A stretch of DNA of 63,918 nucleotides, counting the filler, from an uncultured bacterium (GTDB lineage Bacteria > CAZSTA01): NCBI GenBank assembly GCA_964609495.1. It is 3 parts of 3 records of this genome, joined end to end, with 100 filler letters (N's around TTAATTAATTAA, not from the genome) between each part and the next. Parts side by side here need not be neighbours in the genome. Positions count along the whole stretch, not along the records: positions 1 to 26,008 come from CAZSTA010000029.1; 2 more parts are not named here. One strand, 5' to 3'. Below are positions 1 to 9,571 of the stretch, piece after piece. The notes beneath the pieces are model-generated. The model ran no database searches, was not told the origin of the DNA, and saw only the letters and a program-made list of their open reading frames with translations. Positions within the stretch are counted from its first letter, which is position 1. Every line of letters starts with the position of its first letter. A program made the position numbers and the translations under genes.

Positions 1-2
1 AT

Positions 3-173
3 ACGGGAGAGGAGATAGAAGTTAGCATAAATTATAGGGGGGCAGGAGAGTTCAGCCCTACTTATATAATGATCGGCTGGAATCCTAAATATGGTATCCC
101 TCCGGGGGGGCGCTATTTCAACATTAAGCTACCAGCAGGAGCATCTTATGAATTAGTAAAATATAAAGATTAA
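3..173 (+). CDS. 3' end of a third paralog of the PKD-lipoprotein family (partial, runs off window start)
   Basis: Manual translation TGEEIEVSINYRGAGEFSPTYIMIGWNPKYGIPPGGRYFNIKLPAGASYELVKYKD* matches the C-termini of 293..1948 (YVMIGWNPKYGLPPGG) and 1982..3646 (YIMFGWSPKYGTPPGG). Confidence 0.85.
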   Translation, partial: TGEEIEVSINYRGAGEFSPTYIMIGWNPKYGIPPGGRYFNIKLPAGASYELVKYKD

Positions 174-292
174 TATAGAGTAGGATTTCCAAGTAGGAGG
201 TGATGCTCCCATTTAAATCTTAGGATGTTTGAGTAGCCGTTTCTTTGAAATCTCAGAAAAAATTACTATAGAATTTAAGGAGGGTTTTACCG

Positions 293-1948
293 GTGCTAAA
301 GAGAAGTTTGTTAATTTTGATCGTGATATCTATGATCTCTGCAGCTCTCTCCGGTTGCGAGCGGGGTGGAGGTGGTGGAAGTGAAACAGATACCCCTCCT
401 CCATTTGAGGTCTCTACCCAACTTACCAATTCCTGCGGGAAAGCGGTTTTTCTCACCAGTGAGGAGGAGATGGTAGTTCTTCAATTAGTTAATGAAGATA
501 ATGAACCTATCAAGGGACTCCAGGTAACTGCCTTCACAGATGAGGTTGGATATGAAGGTATGCTCTTGGTAGTCACAGACCCAGCCAATAACTATTTAAT
601 CTATATGTTCTCTCCTGGGGATAATGAGAGTGGAGAAGCGGAGTTCGTAGATTGTCCCGAGGAGGAAGCCGAGGATCAAGCCTTGACAAAACATTATATC
701 CTCCGTAGAATGATAACTCTGGATTCAGCTTTAGAGAGGGGAACATATATAAATCCAGTGTTTCAGGAGAGGGTGGAGAATTTTGAAAAATACCTCTTTG
801 ATCCTCGTTATGGATATTATGAGATTAACTTTACCTCATCCTTAACCGAGATCGATGCTAAGCTAAAGGATGCTTGGATGGAGAGCGGATTAGATGATGA
901 GATCTGCTTGATATCCGGAGAGGACAGCTATTTAGGAGCTATAGCTTTTTATTATGGTAATTCAGGACAGGAGGTAAGTCCAGATCCAGAGACTATCGAT
1001 TATAGGCTGAATATCTTTAAGGTTGTCGAGGTTACGCAGGGACAGGAGTACCTACGTGGTGGATACGAAGCCGATCAGATCTTTGACGTGTACTTCCCAA
1101 GATGGGGGCTGTGGACCTCAATGCCCTTCCCCGTGATCAAGCCTCATCAAGGACCAATCAACAGTCCTCCTCAACTCACAGTAAGCGCAGAACCAGCAGA
1201 GGGGAAAGCACCTCTAACTGTTAAATTCACAGCAGAGGCAGAGGATACAGATGGAACGGTTGTATCTTATGAGTGGGATTTCGGTGATGGAGAGACCAGC
1301 ACCGAACAGAATCCAACCCACATCTATAAGAAAGGCAAGAAAGAAGGAGAGATCTATACCGCTACCTGTAGGGTGGTTGATGACGATGGTGCTATGGCTA
1401 TCGCTTCAGTGGATGTAAACGTCATATACACTACTACAGGAGATGAGGGGAGATACTTGGTTTATAAGATATCCCCCGGTCCTACGAGTGGAAAGGTAGA
1501 ATTTGACGTTACAGGACTATCAGCCGCTGGTACTGCTAAAGATATCGTTCTTGTTCTGGGAAAGGGGCTGACCAAGAGTAGCTATGAAAATTGGAGAATA
1601 GATATCAGAAAATATGCAGATGGACGAGACCTTATGAAGACCACCATAGTCCAGCAACCCAGAGCTATAGAGGCTTATTGGCTGAACAGAAGCCTGATAT
1701 TCTGGAATCCAGGCCATACCTATCACTTCACTGCAACCTGGGGAGACGGCGTCTTCCGAGCTACCCGCGAGGATAAAACAACCGGGGGAACCATAACCTT
1801 CGTTGCGAATTACGCCAGTGTAGGGGTATTTGATCCCACCTACGTAATGATCGGTTGGAATCCGAAGTATGGGCTTCCCCCTGGAGGCTACTACTCCAAT
1901 GTGAAACTGCCTCAGGAAGTAGAATATACGTTGGTTATGAAGGACTAG
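293..1948 (+). CDS. Lipoprotein with PKD domain and conserved uncharacterised N- and C-terminal domains
   Basis: Signal peptide with lipobox LSGC; PKD motif APLTVKF..SYEWDFGDGETSTEQNPTHIY; paralog of the next gene. Confidence 0.8.
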   Translation: MLKRSLLILIVISMISAALSGCERGGGGGSETDTPPPFEVSTQLTNSCGKAVFLTSEEEMVVLQLVNEDNEPIKGLQVTAFTDEVGYEGMLLVVTDPANNYLIYMFSPGDNESGEAEFVDCPEEEAEDQALTKHYILRRMITLDSALERGTYINPVFQERVENFEKYLFDPRYGYYEINFTSSLTEIDAKLKDAWMESGLDDEICLISGEDSYLGAIAFYYGNSGQEVSPDPETIDYRLNIFKVVEVTQGQEYLRGGYEADQIFDVYFPRWGLWTSMPFPVIKPHQGPINSPPQLTVSAEPAEGKAPLTVKFTAEAEDTDGTVVSYEWDFGDGETSTEQNPTHIYKKGKKEGEIYTATCRVVDDDGAMAIASVDVNVIYTTTGDEGRYLVYKISPGPTSGKVEFDVTGLSAAGTAKDIVLVLGKGLTKSSYENWRIDIRKYADGRDLMKTTIVQQPRAIEAYWLNRSLIFWNPGHTYHFTATWGDGVFRATREDKTTGGTITFVANYASVGVFDPTYVMIGWNPKYGLPPGGYYSNVKLPQEVEYTLVMKD

Positions 1949-1981
1949 AGGAGTTGTAGTTCAAAATAAAGGGGGATAATT

Positions 1982-3646
1982 ATGTTTTCGAGAAGGAATA
2001 TAGCGATTTTGATGTTATCCATCGCTCTTATTGGACTGACGGTAGGATGTAGTAGGGAGAAAGGGGGAGGGGTTGTTTCTCCTCCCTTTACAGCGATATC
2101 CGATATCACCAATAGCTGTGGTAAAGCTGTCTTCTCTGTCGGCAAGGGTGAGATATTAATATTGAAGTTAGTAGATGAGGGAAGTAATCCGATTCAGGGG
2201 CTCGATGTTCTCTGCCTCTCTGATGAAACTGGGGCTGAGAATGTCCTCTTAATTGTCACTGATCCCGATGATAGATACTTAACTTATATGTTCTCTCCTC
2301 AAGCGGCGGAGTTAGAGAGCTATGCGGGAGAGGTATTCTCAGGGTGTGAAAGTAGTTCAGCTCTAGAGAGTGAGAACTTTGAAAAGAGATACCTGCTGAA
2401 GAAAATGATGAGCTTCTCCTCGGTTATAGATGAGGATGAGAAAGAAGGATCTGCGTATTACGATAAAGTGGATAAGGTCAATAAATATCTCTTCGATCCT
2501 GAATATGGTTACTATGAAGCTCTTTTCTCTTCAGACCTGGAGAATCTAGACTCCAAATTGAAGGAATATTGGGACGAGTTCGAATTTGGAAATAGGACTG
2601 GATTAACCAGAGATGGATACTTAGCTCATATAGCCGTATATGATGATGGGTCTCCAGCGACGATAAAGCTCAATATATTCTCCAAGGATCAAACAAATCA
2701 AAAGGGAGATTATCTTAAGAATGGCTATGCTGTGAGTCAATTCTTCGAGGTATATCAACCTAAGATCAAGATGTGGGAGGGGATAGAGCCCTTCCCCCTC
2801 ATCAAACCTCTGAGTGGTCCTACTAATACACCTCCTACAGTGAAGATCTCCGCTCTGCCCACGGAGGGATTACTCCCTCTTGAGGTTAGCTTTAAGGCTG
2901 AGGCAGACGATCGGGATGGAACGGTCGTATCTTATGAGTGGAACTTCGCTGATGGAGAGACCAGCAACGAGCAGAATCCAACTCATATTTATCGAATCGG
3001 GGGAACGCATAAGGTAGTGTGCAAGGTTACCGATAACGATGGCGCGGAGGGCTCCGATTCAATCGAGATATCGGCATCTACTCCGCCCACGGGAGATTCG
3101 GGAAGTTATCTAGTATATAAGCTATCCTCCGCTATAAACGGAGGAACTATAGAGTTCGATGTCAAGGGATTAACCAATATGGGCTCTACTAATTCCCGAG
3201 TCTCTGGCAAGGATGTCCTATTCTGTATGACTAAGGGAATGACACTCGCAAATTATGAAGGATATCGTTGTGACATCAGGAAGTATGGCTCTAACTATAC
3301 TGGGCAAAATGCTAACACTTTGCAGACGGTCATAACCACTGGACTCTCGAAGTGGGTGGAGGAAACTTGGCTCGATAGCAAAATGATAAACTGGGATAGG
3401 GACCATACTTATCATCTCACCATTATCTTTGGTGATTTCCAGTTCAAAGCCTTTCGCTTGGATAAAGATACTGGGGAGCTCATAGAGTTCAGCGCCTCCT
3501 ATGAGGAGGCGGCTCCAAATGGATTATCGTTTACTTATATAATGTTCGGCTGGAGCCCGAAATATGGCACTCCTCCCGGCGGGACATTCTTCGATGTCAG
3601 ACTGCCCTATGGGGTTGATTACGAGCTAGTCAAGAGTGCGCCCTAA
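1982..3646 (+). CDS. Lipoprotein with PKD domain, paralog of 293..1948
   Basis: Lipobox TVGC; YEWNFADGETSNEQNPTHIY PKD motif; shared TNSCGKAVF, KYLFDP.YGYYE and GW.PKYG.PPGG motifs. Confidence 0.8.
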   Translation: MFSRRNIAILMLSIALIGLTVGCSREKGGGVVSPPFTAISDITNSCGKAVFSVGKGEILILKLVDEGSNPIQGLDVLCLSDETGAENVLLIVTDPDDRYLTYMFSPQAAELESYAGEVFSGCESSSALESENFEKRYLLKKMMSFSSVIDEDEKEGSAYYDKVDKVNKYLFDPEYGYYEALFSSDLENLDSKLKEYWDEFEFGNRTGLTRDGYLAHIAVYDDGSPATIKLNIFSKDQTNQKGDYLKNGYAVSQFFEVYQPKIKMWEGIEPFPLIKPLSGPTNTPPTVKISALPTEGLLPLEVSFKAEADDRDGTVVSYEWNFADGETSNEQNPTHIYRIGGTHKVVCKVTDNDGAEGSDSIEISASTPPTGDSGSYLVYKLSSAINGGTIEFDVKGLTNMGSTNSRVSGKDVLFCMTKGMTLANYEGYRCDIRKYGSNYTGQNANTLQTVITTGLSKWVEETWLDSKMINWDRDHTYHLTIIFGDFQFKAFRLDKDTGELIEFSASYEEAAPNGLSFTYIMFGWSPKYGTPPGGTFFDVRLPYGVDYELVKSAP

Positions 3647-3743
3647 CTCTATAGTCCAGGCTATAAGTGATCAATTTGAGCGGGGAAGACAAATAATTTT
3701 ATAGCTGGTTTTCAACCTTCCTCGCTCAATTTATGAAGAACTT

Positions 3744-5015
3744 ATGTTTTTTAGCAAGATAGAGCATTTCTGCTTAATTATACCAAAGATACTTATCTTC
3801 TCGGTTTTGGCTATCTTTCTAGGGAGTTGCTCATCGAGCTCGCTCGAGGCAGATAGCTTTATATTTTATAAGAATGATTTCTCCGAGGGGCTTCCGGAGG
3901 GAGAATGGGCTGTTATCAACTCTCCCCAATTGGAACCGGTTACTGAAGTTATAAATATAAAGGAGGATTTTGACTCCCTAAATACTGCCCTTTGGGAGCA
4001 GATAAGCAGAGGGACAAAAATCACAATAGCTAACGGAATATTAGAGTTAGGCGGAGATACCTCAAACAGGGATGATATGATCGGTATCTCCACTCCGTAT
4101 TTCCCTAAGCAGAGTTATCTTGCTAAAATAGATTTTCGGATTCCCCGGGGAAAGAGCCATCTGACTTTCAGATTGACCTCGGGTGAGGGGAGCTATTTTT
4201 CAGTTCTTTATGATTCCGATAAATACAGTCTCGATTGGTCCGAGGGAAGAGAGGGAGAATGGGGACGAGAGGAGATAGATTCTTGGGGGGATGAGAAGAG
4301 CAATTTTCATACCATGACCATAATCTATAATTCTACAAACGGCGAGGTCTCTGGATATATCGATCGTTACTTCTTAGGTAGCGCCTTCGTTGCCCTCTCT
4401 TCCGATCTAAAGTTCGAGATAACAGCCTCCAGATCTCCTTCGGATGATACCCTGGTCCTCCTTGATAATTTCTACTTGACCACTCAGCTTGGCCTGAAGA
4501 TCCGAAGCGAAGACGGAATGGTATCGGTCTCAGGGATAACAGTAGGCCCGGGAAGGGATGTAACGGGATTAATAACTACCCGGACTTTCTCCCAACAACC
4601 CTGTACAATAGGGATCAGCTTCAAACTACCTTTCACTGATTGGGATAGGAAGGAGACTGTTCAACTGGCTTTAGAGGATAGCAGAGGATATTTCTTCGCT
4701 GTTCAGTACAGCCCCAGTGGATATGGATACCGAATAAGCTGGCTGGATAGTGAGGGATGGGGAAGCTTCCACCCCTGGATACCTGCGGAAGGAACTGAGG
4801 GGAGGAGATTTCAACCCTTGGCTATAACTTATGATCCATCTACTCAGACAGCTAGAGGTTTTACCTCTGGTCATAATTTGGGAAGCCATAAGATAGATCT
4901 TAAGGGTTTTAAGGTCAAGTTTTACTATTATATTGAACCCCGAAGGGGAGGAAGTTATGTCAATTGTCAGTTCGACGATTTTATGATGATCTTGGAAGAA
5001 GAGAATGCTCGATGA
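3744..5015 (+). CDS. Putative lipoprotein with two beta-sandwich (ConA/LamG-like) repeats
   Basis: Lipobox LGSC; two internally similar segments ending LDNFYL and FDDFMM. Confidence 0.55.
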   Translation: MFFSKIEHFCLIIPKILIFSVLAIFLGSCSSSSLEADSFIFYKNDFSEGLPEGEWAVINSPQLEPVTEVINIKEDFDSLNTALWEQISRGTKITIANGILELGGDTSNRDDMIGISTPYFPKQSYLAKIDFRIPRGKSHLTFRLTSGEGSYFSVLYDSDKYSLDWSEGREGEWGREEIDSWGDEKSNFHTMTIIYNSTNGEVSGYIDRYFLGSAFVALSSDLKFEITASRSPSDDTLVLLDNFYLTTQLGLKIRSEDGMVSVSGITVGPGRDVTGLITTRTFSQQPCTIGISFKLPFTDWDRKETVQLALEDSRGYFFAVQYSPSGYGYRISWLDSEGWGSFHPWIPAEGTEGRRFQPLAITYDPSTQTARGFTSGHNLGSHKIDLKGFKVKFYYYIEPRRGGSYVNCQFDDFMMILEEENAR

Positions 5016-5727
5016 GGTGATATCTATAGAATCTAGGGTCAGAAGTATATCAGTCTGCCTTCCCGCCTATAATGAAGAAGGAAATATAGAAAATGCTATA
5101 TCAAAAGCCAGGGAAGTGTTAAAAGATATATGTGATAGATATGAGATCATCGTGGTAGATGATGGTAGTATTGATAATACCGGAAAGATTATAGAGGAAT
5201 TAGCCAAAACTAATACCTCACTCAGGGTTTTCCATCACGAAAGTAATCAGGGATATGGAAGCGCGCTAAAGACTGGATTTTACAAAGCTAAATGTGAGCT
5301 GGTCTTCTTCACCGATTCCGATAATCAATTTGATATAGCTGAGATAAGTAACTTAACACCCTTGATCGAGTCTGCTGATATAGTAGCTGGATACAGAATA
5401 AAGCGGAATGATCCCTTCCTCAGATTATGGAATGCTAAACTCTTTAACCTTCTGATCAGGCTCCTCTTCGGGTTAAAGGTTAGAGATCTTAATTGTGCTT
5501 TCAAACTTTTCAAAAGGTGTATCCTCGATGAGATCAACTTAGAATCTACCGGAGCGTTAATTAATACCGAATTTCTTATAAAGGCTAAAAAGAGGGGCTA
5601 CAAGATTGTGGAGGTGGGAGTTAATCATTATCCTCGAGAAGTGGGAGAACAAACTGGAGCCAATCTCAAAGTAATCATTCGAGCTTTCGTTGAACTTTTT
5701 AAGATGTGGAATATTTTAAGAAGATAG
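5005..5727 (+). CDS. GT2 glycosyltransferase, polyprenol-phosphate sugar synthase (DPM1-like)
   Basis: PAYNEE, VVDDGS, NQGYG, TDSDNQF, DLNCAFKLF motifs. Confidence 0.9.
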   Translation: MLDEVISIESRVRSISVCLPAYNEEGNIENAISKAREVLKDICDRYEIIVVDDGSIDNTGKIIEELAKTNTSLRVFHHESNQGYGSALKTGFYKAKCELVFFTDSDNQFDIAEISNLTPLIESADIVAGYRIKRNDPFLRLWNAKLFNLLIRLLFGLKVRDLNCAFKLFKRCILDEINLESTGALINTEFLIKAKKRGYKIVEVGVNHYPREVGEQTGANLKVIIRAFVELFKMWNILRR

Positions 5728-5754
5728 GTTATTTATTTTTAATTTCTACTTGAG

Positions 5755-7533
5755 GTGATTTATATGGGATATAACAATTCTTCTCGAAGACGCACTTCTG
5801 TTTTTATAATTATCCTCATATTTGCGGTGCTTATCTCTATGCGAGCTGTTCATCTAGTCGCCGATTCGCCGAAGAATCTAAGTAAGAGTGGAGGCATCTT
5901 TGGTGATGAAGGGTGGGAAGCTCATAACGCCCGAAATAAGGTTCTCTTTGGGAACTGGAAGTATGATGATTATATGCTTATGTATGTCAGTCCAATAATA
6001 AATTATGCCCTCTACCTATCCTTTCGTGTTATGGGAGTCGGGCTGAGACAGACTCGATATGTCGCTCTATTCTTTAGTCTTCTCACCTTACTCTTCTTCT
6101 ATCTAGCTATTAAAGATGAGTTCGGAAGAGGAAGAGCCGCATTCTGCACTCTCATATTGGGTGTTAATTACATATTCATTATGTATAATCGGCTTTCTAT
6201 AATGGAGACGGAGGCGGTCTTTTTTATAGTCCTATCTATGTTCCTTTTCCAGAAGGGTTTAAGAGATAGATTTTTTCTCTTCCTCTGTGGAGTAAGTGGC
6301 TTTGTAGCTTTCATCTCCAAATCGATCGCTATTTTCGCTTTGATAACCCCGATCTTAGTTCTGCTTTGGTATCTCATAAGGGAGTTCGTCGAGCGCAAAG
6401 AGGAGGAAGGAGAAAGAGTTTTCCCCCTCAATCCCTTGGTCATTCTGAGAGCCATCTTTCATCCCTCTATGCTTTCCCTACTTGCTGGTATGCTGGTCAC
6501 CTTTTTGATCTGGTATTATCCCTTCTTCTCAAAGCACGTTGCGGAGATCGCCCCTTACACTGCTTATACTAAAGGTCTGCTTTTCCCCTACTCCTTCCGA
6601 AAGTTAGTCAGCAATATCGCTTCTCACCCACTCATAGAATATTTTTATAAGTCTCCGATAACTCTGTTTGCCACTTTTATCGCCTGTTTCTCGATAATAT
6701 ACCTTCTTCTGAAGGACTGGCGAAATACGAATCCTCTGATATTCTTTGCCTTCTGGTGGCTTATAATAGGGGGATTATCATACTCCGCCTTCAGCTATAG
6801 ACCCCTGAGATATTATATCTTGTTAACGCCACCCTTATGCTTCCTAGGGGCTTCAGCTTTGTTGGGGATAAGGGATTTTAAAGCGAAAGAAAAGCTCAAG
6901 ATGACACCCCTATTCTTCATAATCTTCTTTATCTTGCTCTTCATCATTCTGATTCCTCCAGCTCGCATTCTACTTCTTCGCCTCTCATCTCCCGTAATAT
7001 CAACAGAAGCGGAGGAGTTCAGCTTAGCTCTAAAGGCCTCTCTTCTCTCCTTAGCCTTCACGCTTTTCGTAGTCTTAGTGATACTAGCTTTAAGAGGCAA
7101 AGTCTTTGCGCTCTCAACAAGACGACCTAGATTCTTCTATTACCTATTCATCCTTTTAGTAACAGTAGCTTTGGTGATAAATGCATCTCAATACCTACTT
7201 TGGGCTGCCTTTCCCCAATATAAGATCTACACGATCTCTAAGGATCTAGGAGAGGAGTTAGATAACGCAGTGATAGCTGGATCTTGGTCGATGGTTATCT
7301 CCCTGGAGAACGAGCATCATGCTCTACCTATTTGGATGAACCATTCAAATTATAAGGATCCCTTCCATAAATATAAGATCACCCATCTCTTCTTAACTGA
7401 ATATAACGATGAGCCCGGATTATATAAGGAGTGGTTTCCAGAGGAGATGAGACACGTCGAGGTTATAAAGGAATATGATATTGGGATGACAAGGGTGAAA
7501 CTTTATAAGGTAAATATCGACTATAATTTATGA
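5755..7533 (+). CDS. GT-C membrane glycosyltransferase (ArnT/PMT-like, GT83/GT39)
   Basis: Many TM helices; conserved DE dyad (FGDEGW) after TM1; RY motif; soluble C-terminal domain. Confidence 0.75.
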   Translation: MIYMGYNNSSRRRTSVFIIILIFAVLISMRAVHLVADSPKNLSKSGGIFGDEGWEAHNARNKVLFGNWKYDDYMLMYVSPIINYALYLSFRVMGVGLRQTRYVALFFSLLTLLFFYLAIKDEFGRGRAAFCTLILGVNYIFIMYNRLSIMETEAVFFIVLSMFLFQKGLRDRFFLFLCGVSGFVAFISKSIAIFALITPILVLLWYLIREFVERKEEEGERVFPLNPLVILRAIFHPSMLSLLAGMLVTFLIWYYPFFSKHVAEIAPYTAYTKGLLFPYSFRKLVSNIASHPLIEYFYKSPITLFATFIACFSIIYLLLKDWRNTNPLIFFAFWWLIIGGLSYSAFSYRPLRYYILLTPPLCFLGASALLGIRDFKAKEKLKMTPLFFIIFFILLFIILIPPARILLLRLSSPVISTEAEEFSLALKASLLSLAFTLFVVLVILALRGKVFALSTRRPRFFYYLFILLVTVALVINASQYLLWAAFPQYKIYTISKDLGEELDNAVIAGSWSMVISLENEHHALPIWMNHSNYKDPFHKYKITHLFLTEYNDEPGLYKEWFPEEMRHVEVIKEYDIGMTRVKLYKVNIDYNL

Positions 7534-8489
7534 GGATAATCAATATGAGGGATATTCTAGTTACTGGAGGGGCAGGATTCATCGGGTCTAATCTTGTAGC
7601 CCATCTTCTAGGTAGAGGGGATCATGTCGTCTGCCTCGATAACTTTGATGACTACTATGATCCCAGGATAAAGCGCAATAATATCGCCCCTTACTTAAAA
7701 GATGAGAACTTCACCCTAGCGGAGGGTGATGTGAGGGACACCGCTCTTTTAAGGGAGATATTCGATAAGGGAATCGATAAGGTAGTTCACTTAGCCGCGA
7801 GGCCTGGGGTAAGAGGCTCTTCAGATTCTCTTCTTTATGAGGACATAAACTTGAAGGGAACTTTAAATCTCCTGGAAGTATGCAAAGATTATGATATCGA
7901 GAACTTCATATTTGGCTCTTCCTCCTCCGTATATGGCACTAACGAGAAAGTGCCATTCGGAGAGGAAGATCGTATCCACAAGACTATATCTCCTTACGCG
8001 GCCTCTAAGAGGGCGTGTGAGTTATTCTGCTATATGTTTCATCACCTATATAATATTCCGATCGCTTGTCTTCGCTTCTTTACCGTCTATGGCCCTCGCC
8101 AGCGACCGGATATGGCTATCCACAAATTCACTCGCTTGATAGACGAAGGGAAGGAGATAGCGATATTAGGAGATCCTGCCTCTAAGCGAGATTACACCTA
8201 TGTAACGGATATAATTGAGGGAGTAGTTAGCGCCCTAGATAAGAACTTCGCCTTTGAGATCTTTAATCTAGGAGATTCGAATACCGTCGAATTGCGCTAT
8301 CTAGTATCTATCATAGAGGGAAGTTTGGGAAAGAAAGCCGAGGTCAAATATTATCCTCCGCATCCGAGCGATGTTCCCATCACCTATGCGGATATAAGTA
8401 AATCGAAGAGGATACTGGGTTATGAACCAAAAGTGAGTATCGAGGAGGGAATAGATAGATTTATCTCTTGGTTTAAGTATAACAAATGA
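7530..8489 (+). CDS. NAD-dependent epimerase (UDP-glucuronate 4-epimerase-like)
   Basis: TGGAGFIGS, SSSSVYG, PYAASK, RFFTVYGPRQRPDMA. Confidence 0.9.
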   Translation: MRIINMRDILVTGGAGFIGSNLVAHLLGRGDHVVCLDNFDDYYDPRIKRNNIAPYLKDENFTLAEGDVRDTALLREIFDKGIDKVVHLAARPGVRGSSDSLLYEDINLKGTLNLLEVCKDYDIENFIFGSSSSVYGTNEKVPFGEEDRIHKTISPYAASKRACELFCYMFHHLYNIPIACLRFFTVYGPRQRPDMAIHKFTRLIDEGKEIAILGDPASKRDYTYVTDIIEGVVSALDKNFAFEIFNLGDSNTVELRYLVSIIEGSLGKKAEVKYYPPHPSDVPITYADISKSKRILGYEPKVSIEEGIDRFISWFKYNK

Positions 8490-8504
8490 TAGACGATCGA
8501 GGGG

Positions 8505-9533
8505 ATGATAGCGATGGGCGAGGATATCGAGAATTTAGAGAGCATATCGGTAGTGATCCCCATCTTGAACGAGGAAGGAAATATCAAATCTCTCTATCCT
8601 CAATTAAAGCAGGTTTTGGATGGATTGGGGAGGGAATATGAATTAATTTTTGTGGATGATGGCAGTATCGATGGCACTTTCCCTCTGCTCAAGGAGATTG
8701 CCGCTCAGGACGATAAGGTTAAGATAATAAGATTTAGGAAGAACTTCGGTCAGACTGCAGCTATATCCGCGGGCTTCGATTATGCTACAGGGGATATTAT
8801 AATCACCTCGGATGGAGATCTCCAGAACGATCCAGAGGATATTCCTAAGTTGATAGCTAAAGTAGAAGAGGGATATGATGTGGTAAGTGGTTGGCGTAAG
8901 GACAGGAAAGAGCCATTTCTAACGAGAATTCTACCCTCTAAGATCGCCAATTCATTGATCTCCTTCTTAACCGATGTTAAATTACATGATTATGGCTGTT
9001 CCTTGAAAGCATATCGAAGGGAGGTAGTGAAGAATATAAATCTTTATGGGGAGATGCACCGTTTCATCCCTGCCCTGGCAAGCTGGATGGGTATCTCCGT
9101 GGCGGAAGTTCCAGTGAACGATCGAGCGAGAAAGTTCGGAAAATCGAAATATGGATTATCTCGAACGACCAAGGTGCTTCTAGATCTAATAACGGTTAAA
9201 TTTTTGCTGAGATATTCTACCCGACCTATTCAGATCTTTGGCTTTTTAGGGTTAATTTCAACCCTCGTTGGCTTCCTTATGGCTTTATATCTTTCCTATG
9301 GGAGATTGTTCAAGGGCCAGAGTTTAGCGAACAGACCTATTTTACTGCTAGCTGTTCTATTAATATTCATCGGTATTCAACTCATCACTATGGGATTGTT
9401 AGGAGAGATGATAGTTAGGATCTATCATGAGGCGCAAGGAAAACCAATCTATGTGGTTAGGGAGTTGATCGAAGGGAAAAAGAGAACAGGATATAAGGAT
9501 AAATATACTCAGCTCCAGCGATTTATTTCCTGA
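8505..9533 (+). CDS. GT2 glycosyltransferase, ArnC/GtrB-like with 2 C-terminal TM helices
   Basis: VDDGSID, RKNFGQTAA, DGDLQNDPEDIP, YGEMHRFIP. Confidence 0.9.
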   Translation: MIAMGEDIENLESISVVIPILNEEGNIKSLYPQLKQVLDGLGREYELIFVDDGSIDGTFPLLKEIAAQDDKVKIIRFRKNFGQTAAISAGFDYATGDIIITSDGDLQNDPEDIPKLIAKVEEGYDVVSGWRKDRKEPFLTRILPSKIANSLISFLTDVKLHDYGCSLKAYRREVVKNINLYGEMHRFIPALASWMGISVAEVPVNDRARKFGKSKYGLSRTTKVLLDLITVKFLLRYSTRPIQIFGFLGLISTLVGFLMALYLSYGRLFKGQSLANRPILLLAVLLIFIGIQLITMGLLGEMIVRIYHEAQGKPIYVVRELIEGKKRTGYKDKYTQLQRFIS

Positions 9534-9571
9534 TAGGATGATAATTATTTATCCTTCCGAAGTGGTGATTT

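Noticed and set aside
60-3600. Diversity-generating retroelement acting on the lipoprotein C-termini or the RM TRDs
   Set aside because: Differences are not adenine-specific, and no reverse transcriptase or template repeat is present
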